DNA of 21,915 nucleotides, the filler included, from an uncultured Thermoplasmatales archaeon (GTDB taxonomy: Archaea > Thermoplasmatota > E2 > DHVEG-1): the NCBI GenBank assembly GCA_964517155.1. It is 2 parts of 2 records of this genome, joined end to end, with 100 filler letters (N's around TTAATTAATTAA, not from the genome) between each part and the next. Parts side by side here need not be neighbours in the genome. Positions count along the whole stretch, not along the records: positions 1 to 14,833 come from CAZFAZ010000090.1; 1 more part is not named here. One strand, written 5' to 3'. Each line of letters begins with the position of its first letter. Position 1 is the first letter of the stretch. Positions 1 to 8,652 of the stretch are shown here, one piece after another. The position numbers were made by a program, and so were the translations under genes. Under the pieces are notes generated by a model. It had not been told where the DNA came from and made no database searches. It worked only from the letters and a program-made list of their open reading frames with translations.

Positions 1-41
1 CTCTGAATCTTGCGCCGTTGGCCAAGCTTGGCTACCCCTGC
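1..41 (-). tRNA. tRNA-Leu(CAG), 5' half only (cut by window edge)
   Basis: Reverse complement reads GCAGGGG-TA-GCCAAGCTTGGCCAACGGC-G-CAAGA-TT-CAG-AG: acceptor 5' strand, Leu-type D arm, anticodon stem and CAG anticodon. The 3' half lies outside the window. Confidence 0.85.
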
Positions 42-102
42 GCAAGATCAAGTAAAACAAAAAAGAGTATTTTAGTTTTGTTTTTAGAAAAAATAGATAA
101 TG

Positions 103-1014
103 TTATTCAACCCATCCTGGTGCTAATTGAACATTTATATCTGTTATATCTAGATACACATTAGGAAGATCTACCACCGTAGGATCTGAATCTAAATCCT
201 TAAAATTTATTTGTATAACTATTGATCCTTCATCTTCTTCTAAAGGCAATATAGATTCGATATAAACATAATTTGATAATAACTCATTTTTAAAATAATT
301 AAACCACGCCTTTATATTAGAGCTCATTATTGTAATTTTTGAAACAGACATATATTTTATCTGTGGCCTAGCATTTGAAAATTCTATTTGTAGAGGGTAT
401 GTTCCATAACCTGTGGCTGTAGGTTTTCCACCCGTCTCTTTAATTTGTGTAATTTCAAAAGATAAATCATCACTTGATTTTATTATTTTAAAAGAAGGTT
501 TTATTTGAACTATTTCACCCTCATCCTGCGATAGAATTACTGCCCCTGCCTCAAAGGTATAAATTTGATTAATATATCGTGTGTTTATTGAAGTATATTT
601 TATAGCACCAATTTTATAAATTTGAGATAAATCACACGTACCAGATGCATCAGTATTATAGCATATTTGCATCTGAAATTCATCAGAGAGAATTTCTAGA
701 TTACCATAACCTGTACTTGAAGATAAAAATGGAATTCCAATTTCATTGGTGCCAAGCGTTATCGGTGAAGATATTCTTCCACCTGTTTTAGCAGCAGCTG
801 ATAATGTATCTATTGAGTATTTTATCTGTGCAAACTGCTTTGAAACCTCATCCAATTGTTCAGATTCTTTATCCTTAGTCCATTGTGGAACATAATTTAA
901 TTGAATAAATGAAATAGAAGATATTATTAATCCAACCATGAGAAGTGCTACAATCGCTCCTGCTACACCTTCGTTTGAATTGCAAAGTTTTCTTACTTTT
1001 TTATATTTATTCAT
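103..1014 (-). CDS. Archaeal type IV pilin-like / class III signal peptide protein
   Basis: Basic N-terminus, then NEG|VAGAIVALLMVGLIISSISF hydrophobic helix and a beta-rich body. GAGGTGAT RBS overlaps the stop of the upstream pilin-like gene. Confidence 0.75.
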   Translation of the reverse strand: MNKYKKVRKLCNSNEGVAGAIVALLMVGLIISSISFIQLNYVPQWTKDKESEQLDEVSKQFAQIKYSIDTLSAAAKTGGRISSPITLGTNEIGIPFLSSSTGYGNLEILSDEFQMQICYNTDASGTCDLSQIYKIGAIKYTSINTRYINQIYTFEAGAVILSQDEGEIVQIKPSFKIIKSSDDLSFEITQIKETGGKPTATGYGTYPLQIEFSNARPQIKYMSVSKITIMSSNIKAWFNYFKNELLSNYVYIESILPLEEDEGSIVIQINFKDLDSDPTVVDLPNVYLDITDINVQLAPGWVE

Positions 1015-1026
1015 TTTAATATCACC

Positions 1027-2595
1027 TCAAGAGGGAATAAACGTAAATTCAACAAAATTATTATCTGTAACCTCATCGTCTGGTTGTGTTATTTCTGACT
1101 TAAAGCTTCTTGCATTGAGCATTTGTTCAAAACTTGCTTTTAAAGTTGTTTCTATAAAAGATACAGCAGAATCATCGTCGGGTACTTGAACAACAAAACC
1201 ATTATTATACTCATCATTTGCTGTTGGGTATATGATATCATCTTCTAGCCAATCATGATAAGATGTCCCAAACTCAAAAACATTTATTCTATCAAAGATA
1301 TCTTTTAAATGTTTAATAGTTAAATTGTTTCTATAATATTCAGCACCATCAATTGCTACTTGCACATAATCATTATCATATGGTGCTGGTGAACCTTCAT
1401 ATTTATATGTTGGATTTCCATCAGTAAAAAGACAGACCATTTCTCTTGTCCCAGTAGCTTCTTGAATATCAAAAATTTTATTTGCCTCCATAAATCCTTT
1501 TCCGATAGGCGTCAACATATGAAGATTATTGATCTTTGGAATTCTTGTTTCTATAGAATCAGCAACATGTTCAAAGTGATTTATACTCCCCGGATTATCA
1601 CTTAAAGGATAAGCAATAATATCCGGGCCATCCATATATGTTCCAACAGTAGCTTCTCGCGGATGTTCCATCTTTAAAACAGATAAACGAACTGTTCCAT
1701 CATGTGGGATATAACCTTTTCTTATTGCTCCTGCTATTCCTGAGAGCATTGTATTATATTCTGTCTGTGATATACTATATGAGCCATCTATCAAGAAAAA
1801 TAAATTGGTTTTTAAAAATTCATCAGACATTGTTAAAATATGTGCATCAAGTTTCATACCGCATGTTTCATGAGGTGGCAACGATTCGATAGACCATATG
1901 CCATATTCAGAGTAATCTGTATAAGTACAAGCATAATCTTCACACTCATAGTTTAATGTCCAACTAAAAACATCTAGGCCGTCTGAAATATAATTTTTAA
2001 TTTGGATATTATCGATAGGTTCATCGCCAAGATTTTCTACATAAATTTTAAAAGTAACGCCCCGATCATGCGAACCATCATTTATAATTTCCATTGTTCC
2101 GGTCAACTCCAAAATATCTGCTGGATAATAAGGCACTAAAACCTCTTGAACAGTACCATACATAACCATTGAGTTAGATTTTAAATCTACAACTGAAAGA
2201 TCAATTGGCTGACCTTGTATGTAGCTTGCAATATTAGCTAAGGGAAGTGTAAATCTTTCACCTATATTCCAACGGCCATCCTGTTTATCGCTATCTGCAA
2301 CATATGGATCTCCATTAGAATCAACATCATCAAAAAAATAGGATATAGTGGACCCATCGCTTAATCTTAATAAAATTTTATCATTAAGATCCAATGGTTC
2401 TCCACCGCGATGTTCCAGGACTAAGTTACCCTCCTGTATTGTTCCGATTATTGCTACATCTGGTGTGGATTCAGCAACGTTTACAGAAAAGAGACTTATG
2501 TATATAACTGAAAAGATTGAAACAGATATTCCTAAAAGTAAAATTGTTCCTAATACTTCAGAAACAGCTTTATTATTTTTCTTAATTTTAAACAT
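1027..2595 (-). CDS. Type IV pilin N-terminal domain protein with DUF11-like and vWA domains (candidate pilus adhesin)
   Basis: KKNNKA|VSEVLGTILLLGI class III signal peptide; LEHRGGEPL pilin motif; DUF11-like VTFKIYVENLG...IWSIESL; vWA MIDAS motifs FLIDGSYS and LFTDGNP. Confidence 0.85.
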   Translation of the reverse strand: MFKIKKNNKAVSEVLGTILLLGISVSIFSVIYISLFSVNVAESTPDVAIIGTIQEGNLVLEHRGGEPLDLNDKILLRLSDGSTISYFFDDVDSNGDPYVADSDKQDGRWNIGERFTLPLANIASYIQGQPIDLSVVDLKSNSMVMYGTVQEVLVPYYPADILELTGTMEIINDGSHDRGVTFKIYVENLGDEPIDNIQIKNYISDGLDVFSWTLNYECEDYACTYTDYSEYGIWSIESLPPHETCGMKLDAHILTMSDEFLKTNLFFLIDGSYSISQTEYNTMLSGIAGAIRKGYIPHDGTVRLSVLKMEHPREATVGTYMDGPDIIAYPLSDNPGSINHFEHVADSIETRIPKINNLHMLTPIGKGFMEANKIFDIQEATGTREMVCLFTDGNPTYKYEGSPAPYDNDYVQVAIDGAEYYRNNLTIKHLKDIFDRINVFEFGTSYHDWLEDDIIYPTANDEYNNGFVVQVPDDDSAVSFIETTLKASFEQMLNARSFKSEITQPDDEVTDNNFVEFTFIPS

Positions 2596-2726
2596 TTTTC
2601 TTATCGCCCCAATTAAATTATAAAATGCTAATTATATATTATTATATATTTTAGTATTTAAATTTTTTTATGAATTTGGGGCAAAAACATCAAAAAAAAT
2701 ATAAAAAATGCCTAATTTGCACATAT

Positions 2727-2734
2727 TTTATATA
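2727..2734 (+). promoter_or_regulatory. Probable TATA box for tRNA-His
   Basis: TTTATATA about 40 nt upstream of the tRNA in the divergent AT-rich intergenic region. Confidence 0.45.
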
Positions 2735-2771
2735 TGTAATTAATGATTGCTGCAAAAAAAGTTATCATAAC

Positions 2772-2845
2772 GGCCCGAGTAGTGTAGCCTGGCAACATAT
2801 GGGACTGTGGATCCTCTGTGGCGGGTTCAAATCCCGCTTCGGGCC
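2772..2845 (+). tRNA. tRNA-His(GTG)
   Basis: Acceptor GCCCGAG/TTCGGGC, D arm GTGT/ACAT, loop CT-GTG-GA, T arm GCGGG-TTCAAAT-CCCGC. G-1 (2772) sits opposite discriminator C73 (2845). CCA is not fully encoded. Confidence 0.95.
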
Positions 2846-2875
2846 CTTTAATATTTTTAAAAATAAAGGAGGACA

Positions 2876-3145
2876 TTAGTTGTCCTTTTTTTCAATTGGT
2901 GAACTATAATCACTGCCATTAAACACTTCAGACTCATGAAAAACAGTATAGATATCACGCATATTTGAAAGAGGTTGACCGTTAACCATCTCCCAGTGTA
3001 TAGCAATGCAGTGTTTCTCAATTTTCATAACAATACCAGAATACTCTCTTTTTAAACCGCTTGGCTCATAACAAATTTGTATTACTCTATCACCTTGTCT
3101 AAAAACATCAAGTAACGTTTTATCATTTTTATCTTCCTTTTCCAT
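2876..3145 (-). CDS. Small hypothetical protein (possibly SH3-like beta barrel)
   Basis: 89-aa ORF with AGGTGG RBS. The FRQGDRV...YSGIVMKI...IAIHW pattern resembles small beta barrels (inference). Confidence 0.65.
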   Translation of the reverse strand: MEKEDKNDKTLLDVFRQGDRVIQICYEPSGLKREYSGIVMKIEKHCIAIHWEMVNGQPLSNMRDIYTVFHESEVFNGSDYSSPIEKKDN

Positions 3146-3238
3146 TAGACCACCTAATATTGTTTCTGGTTTTGTGAAAAAGATTATTTAAAAGTAACGC
3201 GGCTAAATGTCAAAATGTAAAAAAGAAAAAAATAAAAA

Positions 3239-3697
3239 TTAGAGATTCATAGCTAAAATAACTCCACCTGCAACAATTAATCCAACTCGGATATAATTGT
3301 TAAACTTATTATTTAGAATACCTCCTCCTAACAAAATGATTCCAGCACCTGCCAAAAAGGTGTAATTCATTACAGTTAAAATATCAGATTCTAAACTAAA
3401 TTGATTTACAAATTCTCCAATGACTTTAGATATCCATGCAACCAGAATACCTACAAATAGGCCAATCATAATCATCTGTTTTGAAAAAAATGTATCAACA
3501 ATTCCTTGCATTCCATTTCCACTACTTCTCCTAGGCTTTGGCTGTGCTGGCGGTTGATATGCTGGTTAAGGAGACGGCGTTACAGGTTGCGTTGGCATAG
3601 GCGCTGGTTGTTCAAAAGGTTTTGATGCACCGCAACTTGGGCAAAAAGATGCTCCATCAGGAATATCTGCTCCACATTTATTACATTTAAAACTCAT
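3239..3697 (-). pseudogene. Zinc-ribbon + Pro-rich linker + 3-TM membrane protein interrupted by an in-frame TAA (3566-3568)
   Basis: ATG at 3697 with GGAGG RBS gives MSFKCNKCGADIPDGASFCPSCG...PVTPSP*PAYQPPAQPKP, continuing in frame into the listed 90-aa ORF (3239-3511). Confidence 0.75.
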
Positions 3698-3794
3698 CTT
3701 ATTTTTCCTCCACTTAACTTTTTTTTAAAGGTTAAATTTTAAAAGCGGTATATATTGTTTTCTTTTTAATAAAAGATAAAAAAAAATGATTTTT

Positions 3795-3941
3795 TTATCT
3801 AAATTTTGTACCTGTGTTACAATGAGTGCAAACTCTATTTGTAGAATCATAGCAGTTTATACAAACTATTCTACCGCAAAGAATGCAACTGTGCATAGCA
3901 CCAGGTTTGCCGCAAACACTGCAGAGACCTACTATATCCAT
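3795..3941 (-). CDS. 48-aa Cys-rich microprotein with four CxxC motifs (not in ORF track)
   Basis: MDIVGLCSVCGKPGAMHSCILCGRIVCINCYDSTNRVCTHCNTGTKFR. Starts 2 nt after the HTH gene stop, with a GGTGA RBS. Confidence 0.8.
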   Translation of the reverse strand: MDIVGLCSVCGKPGAMHSCILCGRIVCINCYDSTNRVCTHCNTGTKFR

Positions 3942-3943
3942 AT

Positions 3944-4645
3944 TTATTTCTCACCAATAACTACAAGTTTTTTCTTGAGTTGATCAAGAGGCATATTTGT
4001 TACAACTAAAGGAATATTCTCCCGGTCAGCAAGTTTTATTGCAAGTGAATCAACACTGCCAGGTTTATGATATATTACAACTGTAGGTTTCACTGGATGA
4101 ACACGTATTGCAATCATCGGACTTCTACCATATCTAATACCTGTAAAAATAATTGCACGCTCAGTACTCCAACCATATAATCTGTTATAATCTCCAGAGT
4201 TTATTGCTTCAATCGTTTTTACACTATCAACAAGTGTAAAACCTTTAACATTTTTTTTCAGGCCAATCTTGCTGGTTGTAAGAATATTTCCTTCTATCTC
4301 ACGAATAAATTTCTCAGCATTAACCGAATATGGATATTCCATGATTTCAAGGATTCCTTCTTGTGTTTCTATCATTGAATCATATTGATGAAGTGTTTTT
4401 CCACCGCGAATTTCATCAATTTTAATTAAAGCCTCAATTATTTTTTTAACAGTCTGAATCCCTGGTGATTTACGACGACCTGACTCGTAATCACTTACAA
4501 CACTAGGAGATAGATTCAAATATCTAGCTAAATCAGTTTGACTTATACAAAAAACATTTCTCCATTTGCGTATAGTCTGTCCTGGTTTTGGGCTAAGTGT
4601 TATTTCACCTGCTATTTTTTCAGATAATGCATCTTTAATATTCAT
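3944..4645 (-). CDS. XRE-family HTH transcriptional regulator (COG1709-like)
   Basis: IRKWRNVFCISQTDLARYLNLSPSVVSDYESGRRKSPG HTH; C-terminal GRSPMIAIRV motif; known position next to the thiolase/HMGCS cluster in euryarchaea. Confidence 0.88.
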   Translation of the reverse strand: MNIKDALSEKIAGEITLSPKPGQTIRKWRNVFCISQTDLARYLNLSPSVVSDYESGRRKSPGIQTVKKIIEALIKIDEIRGGKTLHQYDSMIETQEGILEIMEYPYSVNAEKFIREIEGNILTTSKIGLKKNVKGFTLVDSVKTIEAINSGDYNRLYGWSTERAIIFTGIRYGRSPMIAIRVHPVKPTVVIYHKPGSVDSLAIKLADRENIPLVVTNMPLDQLKKKLVVIGEK

Positions 4646-4646
4646 A

Positions 4647-5063
4647 TTATTTTTTCACCGCCATAGGTTTAAATTTATATCCATAATAGATAGCGCCAAT
4701 TGGGCCGTCTTGTTGGATTTTTCTAAATGTACTTTCGACTTTCATACCAATTTTTACATCTTTGGGTTTGCAGTCTACTATTTGAGCAGTGATACATGGC
4801 CCTTCATCAAGTTTGATAATTGCAATTGGATACGGTGTTTGTTTTTCAAAGTCTTCTGGGCCTACATGTATAATGGTATAAGTAATTACTTTGCCTTTTC
4901 CTTTTAATTGATAATCCTTTAGTTTACCTATACTTTTTCTTCTACACTCTGGACATGCCTCACGAGGTGGAAAAAATATTTTTTCACATGAACCACATTG
5001 ATTACCAATTAAATTATAACGCTGAGGTATCTCTCTCCAGAATCTTGCTACATCTGATTTCAT
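4647..5063 (-). CDS. DUF35 Zn-ribbon/OB-fold scaffold of the thiolase-HMGCS complex
   Basis: CGSC...FFPPREACPEC zinc ribbon followed by OB fold (GKVITYTII...PYPIAIIKLDEG); adjacent to thiolase. Confidence 0.93.
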   Translation of the reverse strand: MKSDVARFWREIPQRYNLIGNQCGSCEKIFFPPREACPECRRKSIGKLKDYQLKGKGKVITYTIIHVGPEDFEKQTPYPIAIIKLDEGPCITAQIVDCKPKDVKIGMKVESTFRKIQQDGPIGAIYYGYKFKPMAVKK

Positions 5064-5065
5064 GT

Positions 5066-6232
5066 TTATTCACCCTCCAAAATATGAACAACACAGGTTG
5101 CACCTGAACCGCCAACATTATGAGTAAGGCCTATTTTTGCATTTTTTATTTGTCGTTTTCCTGCTTCACCGCGTAGTTGCTGCGTGATTTCTACTATTTG
5201 TGCGACACCTGTAGCACCAACTGGATGGCCTTTTGATTTTAAACCGCCACTTGTGTTGACAGGTAAAGACCCATCAAGTGTAGTTATTTTGTTGTCTATT
5301 GCTTTTCCACCTTCACCTTTTTTTACAAAGCCAAGATCTTCAATTGCACATATCTCTGCTATTGTAAAACAATCATGGACTTCTGCTAAGTTAATCTGTT
5401 TTGGCGTTATTTTTGCTTGTTTATAAGCCATTTTTGCTGCATGAACTGTTGCATCAAGTGTACATATATCGCGTCTTGCATGAAGTGCAAGTGTATCTGA
5501 GCCTTGTCCTGAGCCAATTATTTTTATAGGTTTTTTTGTGTATTTTTTTGCAAGATCTGATGCACATAAAACAATAGATGCTGCACCGTCTGATACCGGT
5601 GAACAATCCATAAGACCTAGCGGATCTGCAACAGTTGTAGCATTCATTGCATATTCTAAAGATATTGGTTTTTTAAATTGTGCATTAGGGTTTAATGCTC
5701 CATTTGCATGGTTTTTTACTGCTACTTGTGCAAGTTGTTTTTTTGTTGTACCGTATTCATGCATGTGTCTTTTTGCAATCATAGCATATAATCCTGGAAA
5801 TGTTGCTCCAAAGAATGCCTCCCATTCCTGGTCCGCTGCAGTTGCTAGTGTTTCTGTTGCAGAAACTCCTCCAACATCGTTCATTTTTTCGATTCCGCCA
5901 ACTATCACTATATCGTTTATTCCTGAAGCAATAGACAGGTATCCTTGTCTTACTGCAAGGCCTCCTGATGCGCATGCGCCTTCGACACGAGTTGATGGTA
6001 TATGCATATGAGAAAAACCTGATACATCTGCAACAAGGGCGCCTATATGTTCTTGACCTACGAAACGTCCAGAGCTCATGGAGCCTACATACATTGCATT
6101 TATTTCTTTACCTGTAATACCTGCGTCAAGTATAGCCTTTGAGCCTGCCTCTGCGATTAAATGTCGAAATGATTTATCCCATAATTCTCCAAATTGTGTT
6201 ACACCTATACCAATAATTGATACATCTCTCAT
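5066..6232 (-). CDS. Acetoacetyl-CoA thiolase (archaeal type)
   Basis: EGACASGG catalytic Cys, [14 protein letters not shown] and HNVGG motifs. Confidence 0.96.
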   Translation of the reverse strand: MRDVSIIGIGVTQFGELWDKSFRHLIAEAGSKAILDAGITGKEINAMYVGSMSSGRFVGQEHIGALVADVSGFSHMHIPSTRVEGACASGGLAVRQGYLSIASGINDIVIVGGIEKMNDVGGVSATETLATAADQEWEAFFGATFPGLYAMIAKRHMHEYGTTKKQLAQVAVKNHANGALNPNAQFKKPISLEYAMNATTVADPLGLMDCSPVSDGAASIVLCASDLAKKYTKKPIKIIGSGQGSDTLALHARRDICTLDATVHAAKMAYKQAKITPKQINLAEVHDCFTIAEICAIEDLGFVKKGEGGKAIDNKITTLDGSLPVNTSGGLKSKGHPVGATGVAQIVEITQQLRGEAGKRQIKNAKIGLTHNVGGSGATCVVHILEGE

Positions 6233-6238
6233 TTTTTA

Positions 6239-7288
6239 TCACTCCAAAACAAGTAAATCTCTATATTTTGCATATGTTGCATAATCAACATATTCTTTGT
6301 CTTTAATCATTTGTGAAATTAATAGTGCGTTTTCTCTTTTTAATTTTTTTATTTCATCTGTAACTGTTATATCAAATGCATCACTTCCGGCACCTGAGCC
6401 GTAGCTTGTGAGAAATATTTTATCACCTGATTTTGCTACATCAAGAACTGATGCAAGTCCTAACATGGTAGCACCAGAATATGTATTTCCGATATAGGGG
6501 CAAAGTAATCCTTGTTTTACTTGTTCGCTTGTAAAACCTAGCATTTTTGCTACAGTTACCGGGAATTTTCCGTTTGGTTGATGAAAGATTGCATAATCAT
6601 AGTCATCTGGTTTTGTATTCATTTTTGTCATCAGGTTTTGTGCATTACTTATAATATGTTTAAAATAAGCTGGTGTTCCTGTAAATCGTCCTCCATGTGC
6701 AGGATATTTTTTTCCTTCTCTTCTCCAGAAATCTGGCGTATCTGTAGTATATGAGCATGTTTGATTTATTTTTGCTATAATTTTTTCTTTTCCTATTATA
6801 AACCCGGCTCCGCCTGCGCTTGCCGCGTATTCGAGGGCATCGCCTGGTGCTGCTTGGCTTGTATCTGCACCTATTGCAAGACCATAGTTTATCATATCTG
6901 CTTTTACCAGTGCCATACATGTTTGAATAGCTGCTGTTCCTGCTTTGCAGGCAAATTCATAGTCTGCAACATACAGTATTGGTGTGGCACGTATTGCTTC
7001 ACCAACTATTGTTCCTGTAGGTTTTACTGCATAGGGATGTGATTCACTGCCTACATATATTGCACCTATATCTTGTGGGTTTATGTTGCATCGTAGTAAT
7101 GCGGCACGTGCTGCTTGGACACTTATTGTTGCAACATCTTGGTCTGGTGATGGTACTGATTTTTCGATTATTCCTAAACCATTTTTTATAGTCTCAGGGT
7201 CTTTTCCCCATGTTTTTGCGATTTCTTCTGTTTTTATTCTAAATCTTGGTATCGATGCACCATAACTTATAATTCCTACATCTGTCAT
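6239..7288 (-). CDS. mvaS: Hydroxymethylglutaryl-CoA synthase (archaeal type)
   Basis: [21 protein letters not shown] catalytic Cys, [15 protein letters not shown] and SYGSGAGSD motifs. Confidence 0.97.
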   Translation of the reverse strand: MTDVGIISYGASIPRFRIKTEEIAKTWGKDPETIKNGLGIIEKSVPSPDQDVATISVQAARAALLRCNINPQDIGAIYVGSESHPYAVKPTGTIVGEAIRATPILYVADYEFACKAGTAAIQTCMALVKADMINYGLAIGADTSQAAPGDALEYAASAGGAGFIIGKEKIIAKINQTCSYTTDTPDFWRREGKKYPAHGGRFTGTPAYFKHIISNAQNLMTKMNTKPDDYDYAIFHQPNGKFPVTVAKMLGFTSEQVKQGLLCPYIGNTYSGATMLGLASVLDVAKSGDKIFLTSYGSGAGSDAFDITVTDEIKKLKRENALLISQMIKDKEYVDYATYAKYRDLLVLE

Positions 7289-7368
7289 ATCTAATTCACT
7301 AAGCGATAAAATTACAAATATCTATTTAAAATTGCCGATTTATTTTTCACATATAAACGAAAAATGAT

Positions 7369-8598
7369 TTAAAATGCTAGATTCCTTCTAAGTTCAATCA
7401 TGTGAAGATTTACACCTATCTCCTCCATCCTAAGAAGATATGCTTGACCAATCTTTCTTTTGAATTTATCGACAAAATATCTACCAGCCTCATCACCAAG
7501 AGCTACTGAAATTTGTTCTATTACTCTTTGCAAACTTCTTCCAAGCTCAGAAGGGCGAACAGAATCAATATCTGAAGATATATCTATACCATCGACACCT
7601 TGAGAAAACTTAATTCCATCAATTTTAATGTTTTTAAAAAAATCAAATTTTACTTCATAGTTTTTCAAAGTACTATTAAGAAGCATAACAGCATAACTAG
7701 GAGTACTTGACTCGCTTAATATCTCAACAAGTACTCTTATAACTTGTTTTACTAAAAGCTCTTGTCTAAGCTTAATAACACTTAAATCAACACCCATCTC
7801 GCGAAGTTTTAAGCTATAATCTGGGTTAATCTTATTTTTAAGTTTTTCAACAAAATTAAAACCACCTTTGCCGTCTAAACTATTATTTATTTCTTGTATA
7901 GCTTTCTGAATAGCAGAGCCAACATCTGAAGAATCTAAAGAATCAATTTCGTTTGTTACTGTTACAATATCAATGTTTTGAATTGAGCGAGTATCATTTA
8001 TTTTAACATATCTAAAAGAATCATGACCTGTAGTTAATCTTAAAACAGTATCATGCAGATTTTTAAAAGCAAAATCTCTACCAAAATCACTGTCTAAAAT
8101 TTCAAATAAAACAGTAAATATATGTTTAACTGCTTCAGAATTTGGTACTTTGTATTTAGGATTTTGTTTAATATCTGTTATAAATTCTAACTGTAAAAAA
8201 TCAAGATCCAGACCCAGCTTTTTTATTGTATTTTCATAATCATATGGTAAGTCTTCTTTTATTTCACGTATAAAATAATAACCTGCATTTTTACCCATAA
8301 CTTTTATAATTAATTGGATAAATTCTTTTGAGGCTTTTCCAATTTCTTTTACATCAACACTGTTTATTTCATCGTTTATTTCAACTATATCAAAAACTTC
8401 CCTGGGAGAAACCCCAAGGATTTTAACATAATTTAAAAAAACGTATTTATTACTAAGAGTTCTAATAGCATTTCTAATTATAACATTTGCATAGGCATCA
8501 GATGTTCTTCTACTAATTACTCCTATAGCAGACCTTAAAATTTTACCGAATAATTCTTTGTTTTGAATTGAGGCATCCATCCGTATTCTCTCAAACAA
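7369..8598 (-). CDS. Hypothetical protein built from three tandem ~120-aa repeats
   Basis: Long ORF with repeats ending GLDL/GVDL/GVNL. The true start may be the ATG at 8580. Confidence 0.8.
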   Translation of the reverse strand: MFERIRMDASIQNKELFGKILRSAIGVISRRTSDAYANVIIRNAIRTLSNKYVFLNYVKILGVSPREVFDIVEINDEINSVDVKEIGKASKEFIQLIIKVMGKNAGYYFIREIKEDLPYDYENTIKKLGLDLDFLQLEFITDIKQNPKYKVPNSEAVKHIFTVLFEILDSDFGRDFAFKNLHDTVLRLTTGHDSFRYVKINDTRSIQNIDIVTVTNEIDSLDSSDVGSAIQKAIQEINNSLDGKGGFNFVEKLKNKINPDYSLKLREMGVDLSVIKLRQELLVKQVIRVLVEILSESSTPSYAVMLLNSTLKNYEVKFDFFKNIKIDGIKFSQGVDGIDISSDIDSVRPSELGRSLQRVIEQISVALGDEAGRYFVDKFKRKIGQAYLLRMEEIGVNLHMIELRRNLAF

Positions 8599-8652
8599 TT
8601 AGTATTTTATTCAAATATCAAAAACAGTTATTTATTATTAAACATTATTATT

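Noticed and set aside
2670..2879. 69-aa plus-strand ORF
   Set aside because: Overlaps tRNA-His and its promoter; no protein-like features.
3566..3568. Stop-codon recoding (Pyl/Sec or alternative genetic code)
   Set aside because: The codon is TAA, not TAG or TGA, and TAA terminates many ordinary genes in this window.
3786..3983. 65-aa plus-strand ORF
   Set aside because: Antisense shadow of the 8-Cys microprotein, which has an RBS and operon context.
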